Shown here piece after piece: positions 39,001 through 49,206 of a stretch of DNA of 64,000 nt (positions are counted from its first letter, which is position 1; every line of letters begins with the position of its first letter). Source of the DNA: Perna viridis (taxonomy: Eukaryota); contig CM074520.1 in assembly GCA_037379345.1 (NCBI GenBank), positions 14,859,488 to 14,923,487 of the forward strand, given 5' to 3'. A program made the translations under genes and the position numbers. The notes below the pieces were generated by a model that was not told where the DNA came from, did not search any database, and saw nothing but the letters and a program-made list of their open reading frames with translations.

Positions 39001-42000
39001 ACAATGATATTTCATTTGTTGAATGATTTTACACCAGTCTGGAAGGGTGAAATTATAGATTTCTGGGCATGTCTTTAGGAGACAACCATTTGATTCTGAT
39101 GGGGGGACCAGAAAAAAGTTGTTAGTAAAGATTCTGCCTTACATTTCCTAGAAAATCAATAATTGTCTGACTTCAGTCCAGAAACTTCATACAGTGAAAT
39201 GGAAATAAGTAATCTTGCTCTGATGTGGTTGAAAATAAATTTGCTGACCCACAAAATTTCAAAAATAAATATTTTGACCCTTCAAAATGTGCCCCCCTGT
39301 CAGAATGAAATGGTCATCCCCTTAGAGGATCGAATTAATAAATATCTTAAAAGTCATAACTTATTATGTTTGTTTTAATTTACATGTACCTTGGTGCAAA
39401 TCTTAATCTAATCATAAAACCATTAATAGGCAAAATTACATGTATTTCTCATTACTTTCAGATGGGTGTCATCTGAAAATCACATTAATTTCATATGAAG
39501 CTTGATTCACATGTATATCACCTGAATAGTATTTTTCAGTCTTTGAATCTGTTTTATATTTTTATCAACAATAGTTTTCCAATGTTTTAAACTGAAGTAT
39601 TTTAACTTCAGATGACCATATTTGAACATGAACAACAGCAGAGATTATTAGACTATGAAACTAGACTACAGTGTTCAGAGGATGCTAGTCGACAAACTGT
39701 TAATGAATTGAGAAATTTGTTGACAGGACAACAGAGAATGTGTGCTAGGTAAGTATACATTGGGTGTGCCAATTAGTTTTCTGGGATATTAAGAAAGTGA
39801 TTCATGGTGTAGAAAAACCTCACCAAACTAATGATGCTTTTTTTGTTCTACATATTTTATATTTTCACATTAGGATGGTCCTTTCGGTAATCAGATGTGT
39901 ATTGAGATAATCATACATTAACCTCTTACTTAATTCAACCAAAACAAACCAAATCAAGAATGATAACTCTTGGAAATTTCAAATTACGTGTACAATCTAT
40001 ATAATTTTTTGTCTTCAAGTGCACAACCAAAGGAAAAACTAAGACTGGTATGAGGTCTGTAACTGCCCTAAATAAGAAATAAAAATGAGTTTAGTGAGTA
40101 TTTGACGTGAAGGAATCAACTTCTGTCTGATTTTAATAAAGACTGCTACTTAATTTTTTTGAGATTTGAATACAGATTTTTTTTCAAATTTATGGCAAAT
40201 CTATCACTATTTTTTCTTTTTTTTTTGACTGGGCTGCCATGTTTACTTGAAGAAAACAGAAGTTAAACTGAATATAAATGTCGAAAGTGACATGAAATTA
40301 AAAATAATACATAAAGTCCTGTTACATGTTCATTTTCCCCCCCTCAATGCGGAGCGGGGACATAGAAATGCTGGTGTCTGTCCGTGCGTCTGAAGCTTGT
40401 GGATGCAACTCCTCAGAAACGGCTGAACGGAATTTGACAAAATTTTGTAGGATTGTTTGTCACCATATGTAGTTGACCATAATTAACCGCTATTTTGATT
40501 CAACAAGTTTTATGGGAGTTATGGGACTTTGTTCATTTTTCACATTATTCGCATGGCAACACCTTGCGGCCGCAACTCCTCAGAAACTGCTGAACGGAAT
40601 TTGACCAAATTTTGTAGGATTGTTTGCCACCATATGTAGTTGACCATACTTAACCGCTATTATGATTCGACAAGTTTTATGGGAGTTATGGGACTTTGTT
40701 CATTTTTCACTTTCTTTTTTTGTGGATTTTTTTTTCTTGTAAAAAGAATTCTTAACCTAACTTAATTTGATTCATTAAGATACATTAACCTTGAATTGCC
40801 ACATGGACTTGTGAAAGCACATAAGTTTTGAATCTGCTATTTATAGAAGTGTCAAACATTTGTAATTCAACTCTTTCTACAGCGGCGGGGACATATGGCT
40901 ACGCGTAGCATTCTTGTCTTATTAGGTTTTTCTTTTTTTTTTTTTGTTGGGGAGGGGAATTAATAATGTTTCTTAACAAATGTCTGAAAATTTGGATGAT
41001 CACAATGGTACATTGGCAGTGTGTTCATAATGTTATTTTTAGATGGAAAGAAGAATGTCAGACAATTACAGAAAAATTTGAACAGAAATTAAAAGATGTG
41101 AGATCAGAACTTAGTCATGTTAAAAAGCGAAATGATGAACTGACATCATTGTTAAGGGAGAGTCAAGAAAAGACACTTGAAGCAGAGAGAATGATTACAG
41201 ACTATGCTAAAAATATCAGAAGGATGGAGGAAAGAGTCAGAGACTCTGAAAGCCGAGCCTCGGAGGCATCAAAACAGGTAATGCTGTAGAATAGGAACCA
41301 GTTTTAGCTGGACTCCATGCTCTCTCTATGCATCAGAGGCATCAAAACAGGTACTGCTGTAGAATAGAAACACGTATTTTAGCTAGACTCCCTGCTCTCT
41401 ATATGCACCAGAGGCATCAAAACAGGTACTGCTGTAGAATAGAAACAAGTGTTTTAGCTAGACTCCCTGCTCTATGCCCCAGAGGCATCAAAACAGGTAC
41501 TGCTGTAGAATAGAAACAAGTATTTTAGCTAGACTCCCTGCTCTCTCTATGCCTCAGAGGCATCAAAACAGGTACTGCTGTAGAATAGAAACAAGTGTTT
41601 TAGCTAGACTCTCTGCTCTCTCTATGCCTCAGAGGCATCAAAACAGGTACTGCTGTAGAATAGAAACAAGTGTTTTAGCTAGACTCCCTGCTCTCTCTAT
41701 GCCTCAGAGGCATCAAAACAGGTACTGCTGTAGAATAGAAACAAGTGTTTTAGCTAGACTCCCTGCTCTCTCTATGCCTCAGAGGCATCAAAACAGGTAC
41801 TGCTGTAGAATAGAAACAAGTGCTTAACTAGGTTTTATCATTGTACAGTATATATGAACACTTGGAGACATTTTCCAAACTTGATCTCAAATGAATAAAG
41901 ATTAATGAAGTTGTAATTTTATATCTATATAACTTGTTGTTTGAAAAAGAACCTTGTGAACTAGTGGTTTCTAACACAAATATATATTTGATATTTTTAT

Positions 42001-44442
42001 ATCAGAGAGTATTCTTTTTGAAAGTAATAACAATTTCTGGAATGACACTTTCTAGAAATAATATTCTATGAGACTTTGTATACAGATTTATTTGTCAAAA
42101 ATCATAATGATACTGAAACATCAGTTGTTTCAAGATTCTTATCAATAATTCCACTGAAAATGTATTATTGACATATAACATATACACTTAGCTAGACTGT
42201 ATGCTCCCTCTGCTTCAGAGGCATCAAAACAGGTTATACTGTAGTAAATTAACCAGCATTTTAGCTAGACTCCATGCTCATGTAAACATGCAAAAGTGAA
42301 AGATGTGGCAAGTCATATCTTAACACCAAGATAACACATAGACGCTAAATAATCTTTAAATGAAAAACAGTGATAGATACAGGTAAGTTGGAAAACAGTT
42401 TACAACTAAAAAGGTGATGACATCTACTCTGGTCAAATTTAAATTTAGTTTCTTTGTTTACAAAGACATTTTGAATCTGCCTTTATTCTCTTATATACAC
42501 ATATAAGAAGGGTAAAACTTACATAAGTCTTTTCTTAATAATAAAAAAAATTATCTGTGTATTGGTTTTTTAGTTACTTGTACTTTCTATTATGATATAC
42601 ATTGGTAAGAATCTAATTTTCAAACAAATAAATTTCTGATATGATTTATTGGTTTTTGATTCCAACATTATTTTCACAGCTTGCTAGACATTCTATGAGA
42701 GAGAGACAGATGCAGAATGAAAGGAAAAGTTTATTGCTTGAATTAAATGCATCAACAAGATCAAATAGGTAAGTGTGATGAAGGGAATATTTTAGAAGAT
42801 TTTATATGATAACAGTTATTGATCCTTGAAATTCTACTATCTTATTCAAAATCTACTGATTAAATCCTCAAACCATTGTCTTATGAAATCATTGCTTTAT
42901 GAGGTTTCCTACCTCACAATCTTAATCTATAACATATGAGCTCTATGTAATGATTTTTTTCATAACATCATCATGTTGGTTTTACTTTTGTTAGTCCACT
43001 TTTGTTAAATGTCTTTTTGCTTTTTACACGTAGGTTTAACCCCTTTTCACTTTCCATAACTTCAATTCATGAACTTAGAATCAGCATAATTGAGACAAAA
43101 AATCATTTTCTGAAACCACAAAGTCATTGACTTAAGCACATGTATTATCTATGAAATTACTAACTGAACTTTAAATTTGTCCATTTATTTCATTGATGCC
43201 TAAATACTTTACAATTTTTTTTAATGATTTCTTATATTAATATTTCATTTTAGCAGTAAAGGTTGGAAGCATCAATGGTCAATTTGAAATTCAGGGTGAT
43301 TCTCTCTTTCGGTGTATTCACATGTATATTTTGTCCTACTCACATATTAACTAACTCATGTTATCATATAAATAGTCTATTTGTTGTAAACACAATAATA
43401 AGTGTAAATTTCTGTAAGAGTCAGGCAAAATAGAAGTAAATCAGAAACATGCATATCAAAATCCCACTGATCTGACAATACTATTTTACCAATTTTTCTA
43501 TAGAATGTTAATAAAATGATATTTTTGACAGAATTATCTGTCTTTGAAATGTTCATTATCAGTGCATGAGACACACTGCATGTATGTACACTATTAAGGA
43601 AGTTGACACAAAACATAGACTTATCATCCACTGCCCGATTCTTAAGAGACCCTGTAGTTAAAATGTGAGGGTGAGTATGTTTGATAATTCAAATTGAATT
43701 CTATGGTACATTTTTCATTTAATTCTTGTTATGATTATAAGGAAAGTTTGGATTGTTGTACTATGAGCTACAATTTTTTTCAGTAGAATTTGTTTTTGTG
43801 GTAACACGGGAATCCAAGTTGGCTTTACTACCTTTTTAATCTCTCCATCTGTATAATTTTAATCATGGAAATCCCTTACACAGTTATAAGATGAAAATTT
43901 ATACTGATTGATGATGTCATATGAATATAAACATTAATAACAGAATAATTATCATGTTTACTCAAACATCATTTCATTCTGCCTGTAAGTGGATGACCAA
44001 TCAGGAATAATACTTCCACTATGTACATAAAAAAATAAACACATTATCCTCTTGTAACATTTAACATTGTAGCTAAGCCTATGAAGTTGTGTCAGGGATA
44101 TTGTAAGGCTTCCATTCTGTCTGTCCATCTTTTTGAACATTCAGATGTTGTCATAATTGAATGTTTGTTTTACCAAACTTGTTACATACTGCAAGGCTTC
44201 CTTTTAATTCCCCAGGTCCAAGGTCAAAAGGTCTTTGTTTTAATGGAGAGGATTTGTGTCTTCTACAGCAGTTTGTTTAACTGTTTATAGCTTGTTTGTG
44301 GTATCAACCAATTAATGATTTTTTTTTTTTCAGAAATGCTGATGCCTTAATGCTGGGAGATTTAACATCTAGTCCCAAATCTAAGCTACATAATTCATCC
44401 TATCTTAATGGAAACAAAGAAGACTCATTTTCTGATAGATGA
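23980..44442 (+). CDS. SCLT1: Sodium channel and clathrin linker 1 (centriole distal appendage coiled-coil protein); whole gene, 20 coding exons, 713 aa
   Basis: join: 23980-24025, 24413-24477, 25046-25098, 25392-25464, 25851-26042, 27369-27440, 27889-27939, 28238-28308, 28649-28739, 30216-30307, 34629-34715, 35409-35598, 36071-36142, 36580-36654, 37148-37296, 37775-37967, 39612-39748, 41043-41277, 42680-42768, 44334-44442 (2142 nt, GT-AG, phases consistent). EVDFLKDQVKRL, LSPLIAEYD, QCNERITKLTEEL, AERSRDDL, NELRNLLTGQQ, RWKEE match vertebrate SCLT1 as recalled. Confidence 0.92.
24413..24477 (+). CDS. SCLT1: SCLT1 exon 2
   Basis: KRLSEQLQKYRNVSAESATGE. Confidence 0.9.
25046..25098 (+). CDS. 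SCLT1: SCLT1 exon 3
   Basis: QGEGQDGGPVAPWLTDK; bridges phase 0->2. Confidence 0.85.
25392..25464 (+). CDS. SCLT1: SCLT1 exon 4
   Basis: VLSPLIAEYDQQFLVLLEEKEILR. Confidence 0.9.
25851..26042 (+). CDS. SCLT1: SCLT1 exon 5
   Basis: KELNKLKPELERLMTENGRL...NLQMQVETALQ. Confidence 0.92.
26503..26921 (-). mobile_element. Truncated TACCGTA-ended MITE (Tc1/mariner-like termini)
   Basis: Ends ...CACCAAAATACGGTA; reverse complement aligns by eye with 30603-31024. Confidence 0.75.
27369..27440 (+). CDS. SCLT1: SCLT1 exon 6
   Basis: EKEASIDRWREAEMEIDRLQKELQ. Confidence 0.92.
27889..27939 (+). CDS. SCLT1: SCLT1 exon 7
   Basis: NEKDSHQWRVVEDQATR, 51 nt, AG/GT flanks. Confidence 0.8.
28238..28308 (+). 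CDS. SCLT1: SCLT1 exon 8
   Basis: MQSEYQESVAVLNREIEELQTDS. Confidence 0.88.
28649..28739 (+). CDS. SCLT1: SCLT1 exon 9
   Basis: LAKQELDKANTELRDLKRENKDLEQKLQWK. Confidence 0.9.
28847..29190 (+). mobile_element. 5'-truncated retroelement 3' end (Penelope-like family, by recollection)
   Basis: Residual frame VVDRYDVSISTMKTDLFNGS* (28847-28909) resembles a C-terminus I recall from abundant bivalve RT ORFs; followed by a CpG-containing structured segment. Confidence 0.55.
30216..30307 (+). CDS. SCLT1: SCLT1 exon 10
   Basis: DQDIADIIMKEGVSDSHLQEMKRLLDESNH. Confidence 0.9.
30603..31343 (+). mobile_element. Full-length MITE, nested in an AGGCCA...TGGCCT-ended element (~30376-31378)
   Basis: TACCATATTTTGGTGTG ... 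CACACTAAAATACTGTA terminal inverted repeats with TA flanks. Confidence 0.75.
31376..34335 (+). mobile_element. Cluster of nested HINE-like elements in SCLT1 intron 10
   Basis: Outer start CACTTGGCGTCTGTC..GTCGTTAAC; inner element ~32121-33030 with GTCCGTCCGT and three ~160-bp units (32209, 32369, 32528); identical 3' end CTCTTTATTGTAGT at ~33017 and ~34323. Confidence 0.65.
34629..34715 (+). CDS. SCLT1: SCLT1 exon 11
   Basis: LSQVTRELEETKTDKAGMEAIIKESRTR. Confidence 0.88.
35409..35598 (+). CDS. SCLT1: SCLT1 exon 12
   Basis: ADLEKRELDAVSQVRDAVQMVEKA...AGMKTRQE. Confidence 0.93.
35601..35768. repeat. ~28-bp minisatellite directly after the SCLT1 exon 12 donor
   Basis: GGTACCCAAAATAACTGTAGAATGTCTT-like units, 5-6 copies. 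Confidence 0.85.
36071..36142 (+). CDS. SCLT1: SCLT1 exon 13
   Basis: VDIVRNQCNERITKLTEELNTFEM. Confidence 0.93.
36580..36654 (+). CDS. SCLT1: SCLT1 exon 14
   Basis: DSADLREQVQRAIRDKRNVESELEK. Confidence 0.93.
37148..37296 (+). CDS. SCLT1: SCLT1 exon 15
   Basis: FHHEQKVSVAKDKASFEDMNRRAIAAERSRDDLEVKVETLQ. Confidence 0.92.
37654..37716 (+). mobile_element. SINE/LINE 3' tail fragment
   Basis: ATATAGCTGAAATATTGCTG...GGCATTAAACCCC followed by (CAAA)n tail. Confidence 0.55.
37775..37967 (+). CDS. SCLT1: SCLT1 exon 16
   Basis: NQQISSQTDVQLAQLKERM...RMRLQKDNDELKKR...CQKE. Confidence 0.9.
38275..38700 (+). mobile_element. HINE-like element, same family as 7341-7875
   Basis: Shares GGCGTCCGTCCG, CCAAATAAGTTTGTTTTTGGTATGTGG and 3' GGGGGACATTGGAA with the 7341 copy. 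Confidence 0.75.
39075..39325. mobile_element. MITE
   Basis: TTAGGAGACAACCATTTGATTCTGA ... TCAGAATGAAATGGTCATCCCCTTA inverted termini. Confidence 0.65.
39612..39748 (+). CDS. SCLT1: SCLT1 exon 17
   Basis: MTIFEHEQQQRLLDYETRLQCSEDASRQTVNELRNLLTGQQRMCA. Confidence 0.93.
40333..40920 (+). mobile_element. Well-preserved HINE-like element
   Basis: GCGGGGACATA near both ends, GTCTGTCCGT microsatellite, two ~167-bp units (40405, 40572), 3' palindrome GCTACGCGTAGC 40898-40909, T-rich flanks. Confidence 0.8.
41043..41277 (+). CDS. SCLT1: SCLT1 exon 18
   Basis: WKEECQTITEKFEQKL...ESRASEASKQ, donor CAG|GTAATG. Confidence 0.93.
41257..41823 (+). repeat. 75-bp tandem array (about 7.6 units) that includes the SCLT1 exon 18 end and splice donor
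   Basis: GCCTCAGAGGCATCAAAACAG|GTACTGCTGTAGAATAGAAACAAGTGTTTTAGCTAGACTCCCTGCTCTCTCTAT; units at 41257, 41330, 41405, 41476, 41551, 41626, 41701, 41776; detached copy ~42188-42278. Confidence 0.97.
42680..42768 (+). CDS. SCLT1: SCLT1 exon 19
   Basis: LARHSMRERQMQNERKSLLLELNASTRSN, donor GTAAGT. Confidence 0.85.
44334..44442 (+). CDS. SCLT1: SCLT1 exon 20 (probable last coding exon)
   Basis: Long T-tract+CAG acceptor, phase match, NADALMLGDLTSSPKSK...DSFSDR*; the tail is not one I recognise as conserved, so the call rests on splice signals. Confidence 0.72.
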
Positions 44443-45523
44443 CAAATGTAACATATACTGTTCAATTAACATCTCAGGAATCAAGTCACTGCTGCCCTGA
44501 ATCTGATCAGTGAAGGGAAACAAAACATTAGATGGTTTGTTGGTTCTCCAAAAGAACCATTAAACATATCCATACATACTATCAACATCATTCTTGGTAT
44601 AAATACTCAGAACACAACACAGCTAATATGATTGTTTAAGATTTGCCTTCTGCCAATTTTGAAAACTTCGATCGACATTAATTGTCATGTAGACAAATAC
44701 ATGTATTGTTTGAGTATGAAATTTCAATGGTTACTTAATTATACATGCATTGTAATTAGTTCAAGCTGTGGCTGTTCATATCAAAATATTGTCTAAGTAT
44801 TATTGTTTGTGGGATCTTAATTACCTCTCCAGCTAAGAATCATGCAAAATGTGATTCATGGGTAAAAAGCCTACATATTTTTATTTTTGATATTTTGTTT
44901 GAATTGCCATAATTTACAGAAATTAACATTCAGTTTTTCATATAACCCGTGTTCTTAGGTGAAAAAACTATACAGAATGCACTGTAGATTTCAAAATTAA
45001 GGGAGATAACTCTGTAAATGAAACTCAAATACAATAGAATCTATTGGATTTTCAATGTTGATTATCTCCTAAGAGCAGGCAGATTAGAATGAATAATTAC
45101 TCATTTAATAGTATAGACCCATAAAACAACTTAATTGCAAAAACAAAAACATGTAGCCTTTTTTTGGGGTGTATCACATTTTTCAGATTTTGCATGATTC
45201 TTACAAAAACAACTACTTAATATTTGTGATTTTTATTGTTCAGTATAAAAATGAACTGAAACTGCTAAGTAAAGAATGAAAGATTAACTAAGAAGTGATG
45301 ATACTCTATTAAAATACAAGAATTCAATTATAAATGTAGCTAACTGAAATATTTCTGAAAATTTATACCCTCAAATGAAAGTACTTTATAGTATTGTGTA
45401 GAATTTATCTTATAATTGAAATAACTGAATTACTGACATATCAAAGAGTGCTATGATTTTACAGATATCAGAGTCCGTCCACCTATATTTGTATTTTGAT
45501 ATATTTTCTATGTATAAGACATC

Positions 45524-45570
45524 AATAAAAACTACATAAGTAAGAGGAACAGCAGTTTTGTGTTTCTGGT
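45524..45570 (+). terminator. Probable SCLT1 polyadenylation signal
   Basis: AATAAA at 45524-45529 followed ~25 nt later by GT-rich GTTTTGTGTTTCTGGT. Confidence 0.55.
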
Positions 45571-48500
45571 ATAAGTATATATAAACAGAGGTACATTCCC
45601 CCTCAAATTGGGGAAAAAAGTTTTTGCATGAAATCTTGATTTTTCACAAATTGTACCCCCCCTCCCCCCCCCCAATTTTCTTGCCTCGCTTTACTTGGCC
45701 ATTAATACCCCCCCCCCCCCAAATCCCAAAATCATGGATATGCCCAATTCTACTTCTTACAAGTACAATGTATGTACCCTTGTTCATATACCAGTCAACC
45801 CCCATTTATCAGAAAACTTCATGTTTACAAACTGAATGTGTTACTAAGTTTTCCTTACTGTTTCAACCTATACAATAGCCAATTTTAGAATTGACATATG
45901 AAATGTAAACAGCCAATTTGTTTATCATGAAAGTTTTTATTTAAAGTCTGCATCGAATATACACAGATTAACAATTATAAGACGAACATGAGCTCTTTTG
46001 AGCTCTTAGACCGACTTACAAAGTCATACAGTGTTGTTGCCTGATTAGAATGATAGATTGTAAGTGGTGATCATATTCTGATCAAGTTACCAATAAGTAC
46101 CATTGTGTAAATTGAATTTGCAAAACACATTGTTCATACTCAACACTCAGAGAATATACATGCAAATGATGAAATTACTACATCCATAAACCAGTAGAAA
46201 AATATGTAAATATATAATCACAGGCACTAACAATGGCAGGTTACTATCTAATATGAATAATTATAGCTGTTATTCATATTTGATAGTATAAACCGTTCAT
46301 TGATAGAAACAAGTGCTGGTGGGTATAATGTCCAATTCTTCTATTTAGTAAGACCATTTGAATTTGCGAGGTGAATAAACATTTATTTTTGAGCCCAAGC
46401 ATCAATGATACATGTAAATTTTAGTAACAACTTATATGATCCACTATTAATTCTCAACTTTGATCAGTTCATAGAATGACTGTCAAAGTTTTATTCTAGT
46501 TTTCATGTTTATAGTATTTGTATTATCAGGAATGGATTACCGGTACTTGAAAATGTAAATACAAAATTTTTATGTATTAGTTTTATTTATAAGTCTGCCT
46601 ATAATTTTCTCGAAAATTATGATGCTCAGCTTTTCACGGGTAATCCAGAATAATAACTTTAAATGATGCAGATCTGAATCACCAAAGCAAATACCCACTA
46701 TCTATCGAAAATCAGGAAAATTTATGTTTTGGCCATGGAAACTTCCGATTTTATAAACCTTCAGACTATACTGATAAATGGCAGGCGTGTAGCTGCCGTT
46801 AGGCAAAAAAGCTTTTGCCTGCACTTAATTTTGCCAATTTTTTTTTTTTTTTTTTTTTTTTAGATAAAATACATCCAGGAGAGGCATAAATGATGCTCTA
46901 AAATGCTATCTCCGCGGAGCATACAGGTATCTTCAATATGATAAAACGAGTTAAAAAAAAAAACTTCAGTATGGTTTACAAAATTCCTAAAGTAATGAAC
47001 TAATGTTAGCATACTAAATATACTGCTGAAAATGGCTGAGGTCAATTGTTAAAAAAATGTCAACTTTGTCCATATCATGAAGTGCATATTTTCCATATGT
47101 GTATAAGCACTGCAAAGTAATAATTTTGGTTAAATATTTTATAAGTTACACATAACACAAAATGTACCATTTGGAACATAAGGTGACAATGATGAATATA
47201 TAAAAGATGCCGACAATATATAATAAGTTCCCGTCCGTGCGAGACCTGACAGGGTGGTCAAGGACGTTAAAAACCCCCTTACTTATAATAAGTTCAATTT
47301 TCTCCACAACAGCAAGACTAAGTTCACATCTCTAATATGGATACGAACACTGTGCAAAGCTTGAATACTAGTAGTATTGGTTTAATACGTTTTGAGTTAC
47401 AGATTACACAAAGTATGTACCCCCTTAGCGTCATGCAGACAAATAATAGGGGCATCCACGCCCCATTATCAATTTGCAAAACTTCTGAAAGTATATAGGG
47501 TATTTTTGTGTGAAAATGAGTGCATTTAAATGTGTTTATCAATTATATTTTGTGTCCCCTCTTAGGTGATTCTCTGGACTCGCCACTGCATTCGGAAGGA
47601 GTCGAGTGGCCACTAGACCTGCTCTCAACGTTGGTGACTTTAGAACAACAAAATAAAACAAAATAAAAAAAAAACCTGACAAACTATAACAAATTGAACG
47701 TCAAACGAACAAAATCATAACCCCCCCAAAAAAAGGTGACTCCAATTAACCATAAACGAAAAAGAACAGAAAAATATTCAAAAATTGCAAACTGACTTCT
47801 TTTGAATGTATATAATAACTAATGAATTCAAAATATTCAAAACATTTTTTGACTTGTTATAAAGTGTCACCTTCGAATAATATACTTGTGCTTAGTTCAA
47901 ACATATTTGGTATGCAGATGCATTGGCATCACAACAATTCCATATCTATCAAATGCCTTCACAGTTGCGATCTATTGATGACTTTTTCTGTGAGATTTTT
48001 ATATCATGTTAAGGTTTCTGAATATAGGTCCGTGTAAACATAAACATACAATATCATTCATAAGTGTCATATCTATTTCACACATATGCCCCCGCAGTCA
48101 CGGTCCATTGACTTTGAAATTTCTTGTTAAGGTTTCTTATAGGTCAGTTTCTTCTCCCGGCGAGAGATAGTTAACTTGTGGCAAGACTCGCTGTGAGATA
48201 ATATTTGTTTCCTGCGTGTCCCTTGATTATACGCTATCGCGGATAATAGGGTTGTAGATGCTTATGGAACTTAAAAGTGCATATATTTTACTGTTGAAAT
48301 TTTATTCATAGATTTTACGATTTTCTGGAATCAGATCCCCAGAAACTAGAGATTATGATTACACAGTCCAATGTGTCTTTGCAATATTGTTAGCACAAGA
48401 GATATATAGCTACTCAAAGAGATAGTTGAGTTGAGACATACATGCAGCTAAGGATAGCTAGGCTTTATTTCAGCTACTGTAGTTTGGACTAACAATATAG

Positions 48501-48866
48501 ACCTGGACGTCGATTCTGCAGGATGTCGGACACTTTTGCTTCCATTCATCTATGTTTTCCATGGAAACTGACAACGAACCTGAATAGTATACAAACTGGC
48601 TCACTGCTACGATGCCGCATGCATTTTGGTGTTATTTTTGAATGTCATTCGTAATCAGAATGGCGAATTTAAATCAAAGAGTTCAATGATACAATTGATA
48701 TTACAAGCTTAGCCTGCGTTGCCCTGTAAAACTTAATTTGTTAATTCATGATCGGACACATTATTTGCTGTTTTTTTTTTTCTCTTTTTTTTGGTTTTGC
48801 TTCAATCTTTTGCTTTTATTTATGCTGTAATGTTTACCCATGTCACTACTGGCTTGCTCATATATA

Positions 48867-49206
48867 TATGGCACACCGTTTTTATGTTTATTATCTTGTA
48901 TAATTTAGAAGATATCTTTTGTTTTTTTATAAGATATCTAATAAAGTTTATGAGATATATAATAAAAGATATAAGTTATATAATTTTGCTAATAAGATAT
49001 CTTATGTAGTTTATAAGGTATCTTATTAACGTTTTTGGTATAAGCCATCTTATGAGATATCTTATAAAAGAAAGTTTACAAGATATTTCATAAACTTTAT
49101 GAGATATCTTATATATCTTATTATATTTCTTATAAAAAAGACGATATCTACTTTAAATTATATAAAATATCTACGAATTGGAATGAATATAAATACGGCA
49201 TGCCAT
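48867..49206. mobile_element. MITE with ATAAGATATC low-complexity core inserted in a (TA)n tract
   Basis: TATGGCACACCGTTTTTAT ... ATAAATACGGCATGCCATA inverted termini; (TA)n on both flanks. Confidence 0.7.

Noticed and set aside
41257-41823. CRISPR-like array or repeat protein (ORFs 41328-41513 and 41474-41827, MPQRHQNRYCCRIETS..)
   Set aside because: Units are contiguous with no unique spacers, the context is a eukaryotic intron with no cas genes, and the ORFs arise because the 75-bp unit is a multiple of 3 in a frame different from SCLT1.
47228-47292. tRNA or other ncRNA gene
   Set aside because: No cloverleaf or A/B boxes; it looks like a SINE-like 3' fragment (GGACGTTAAA + tail), too short to call.
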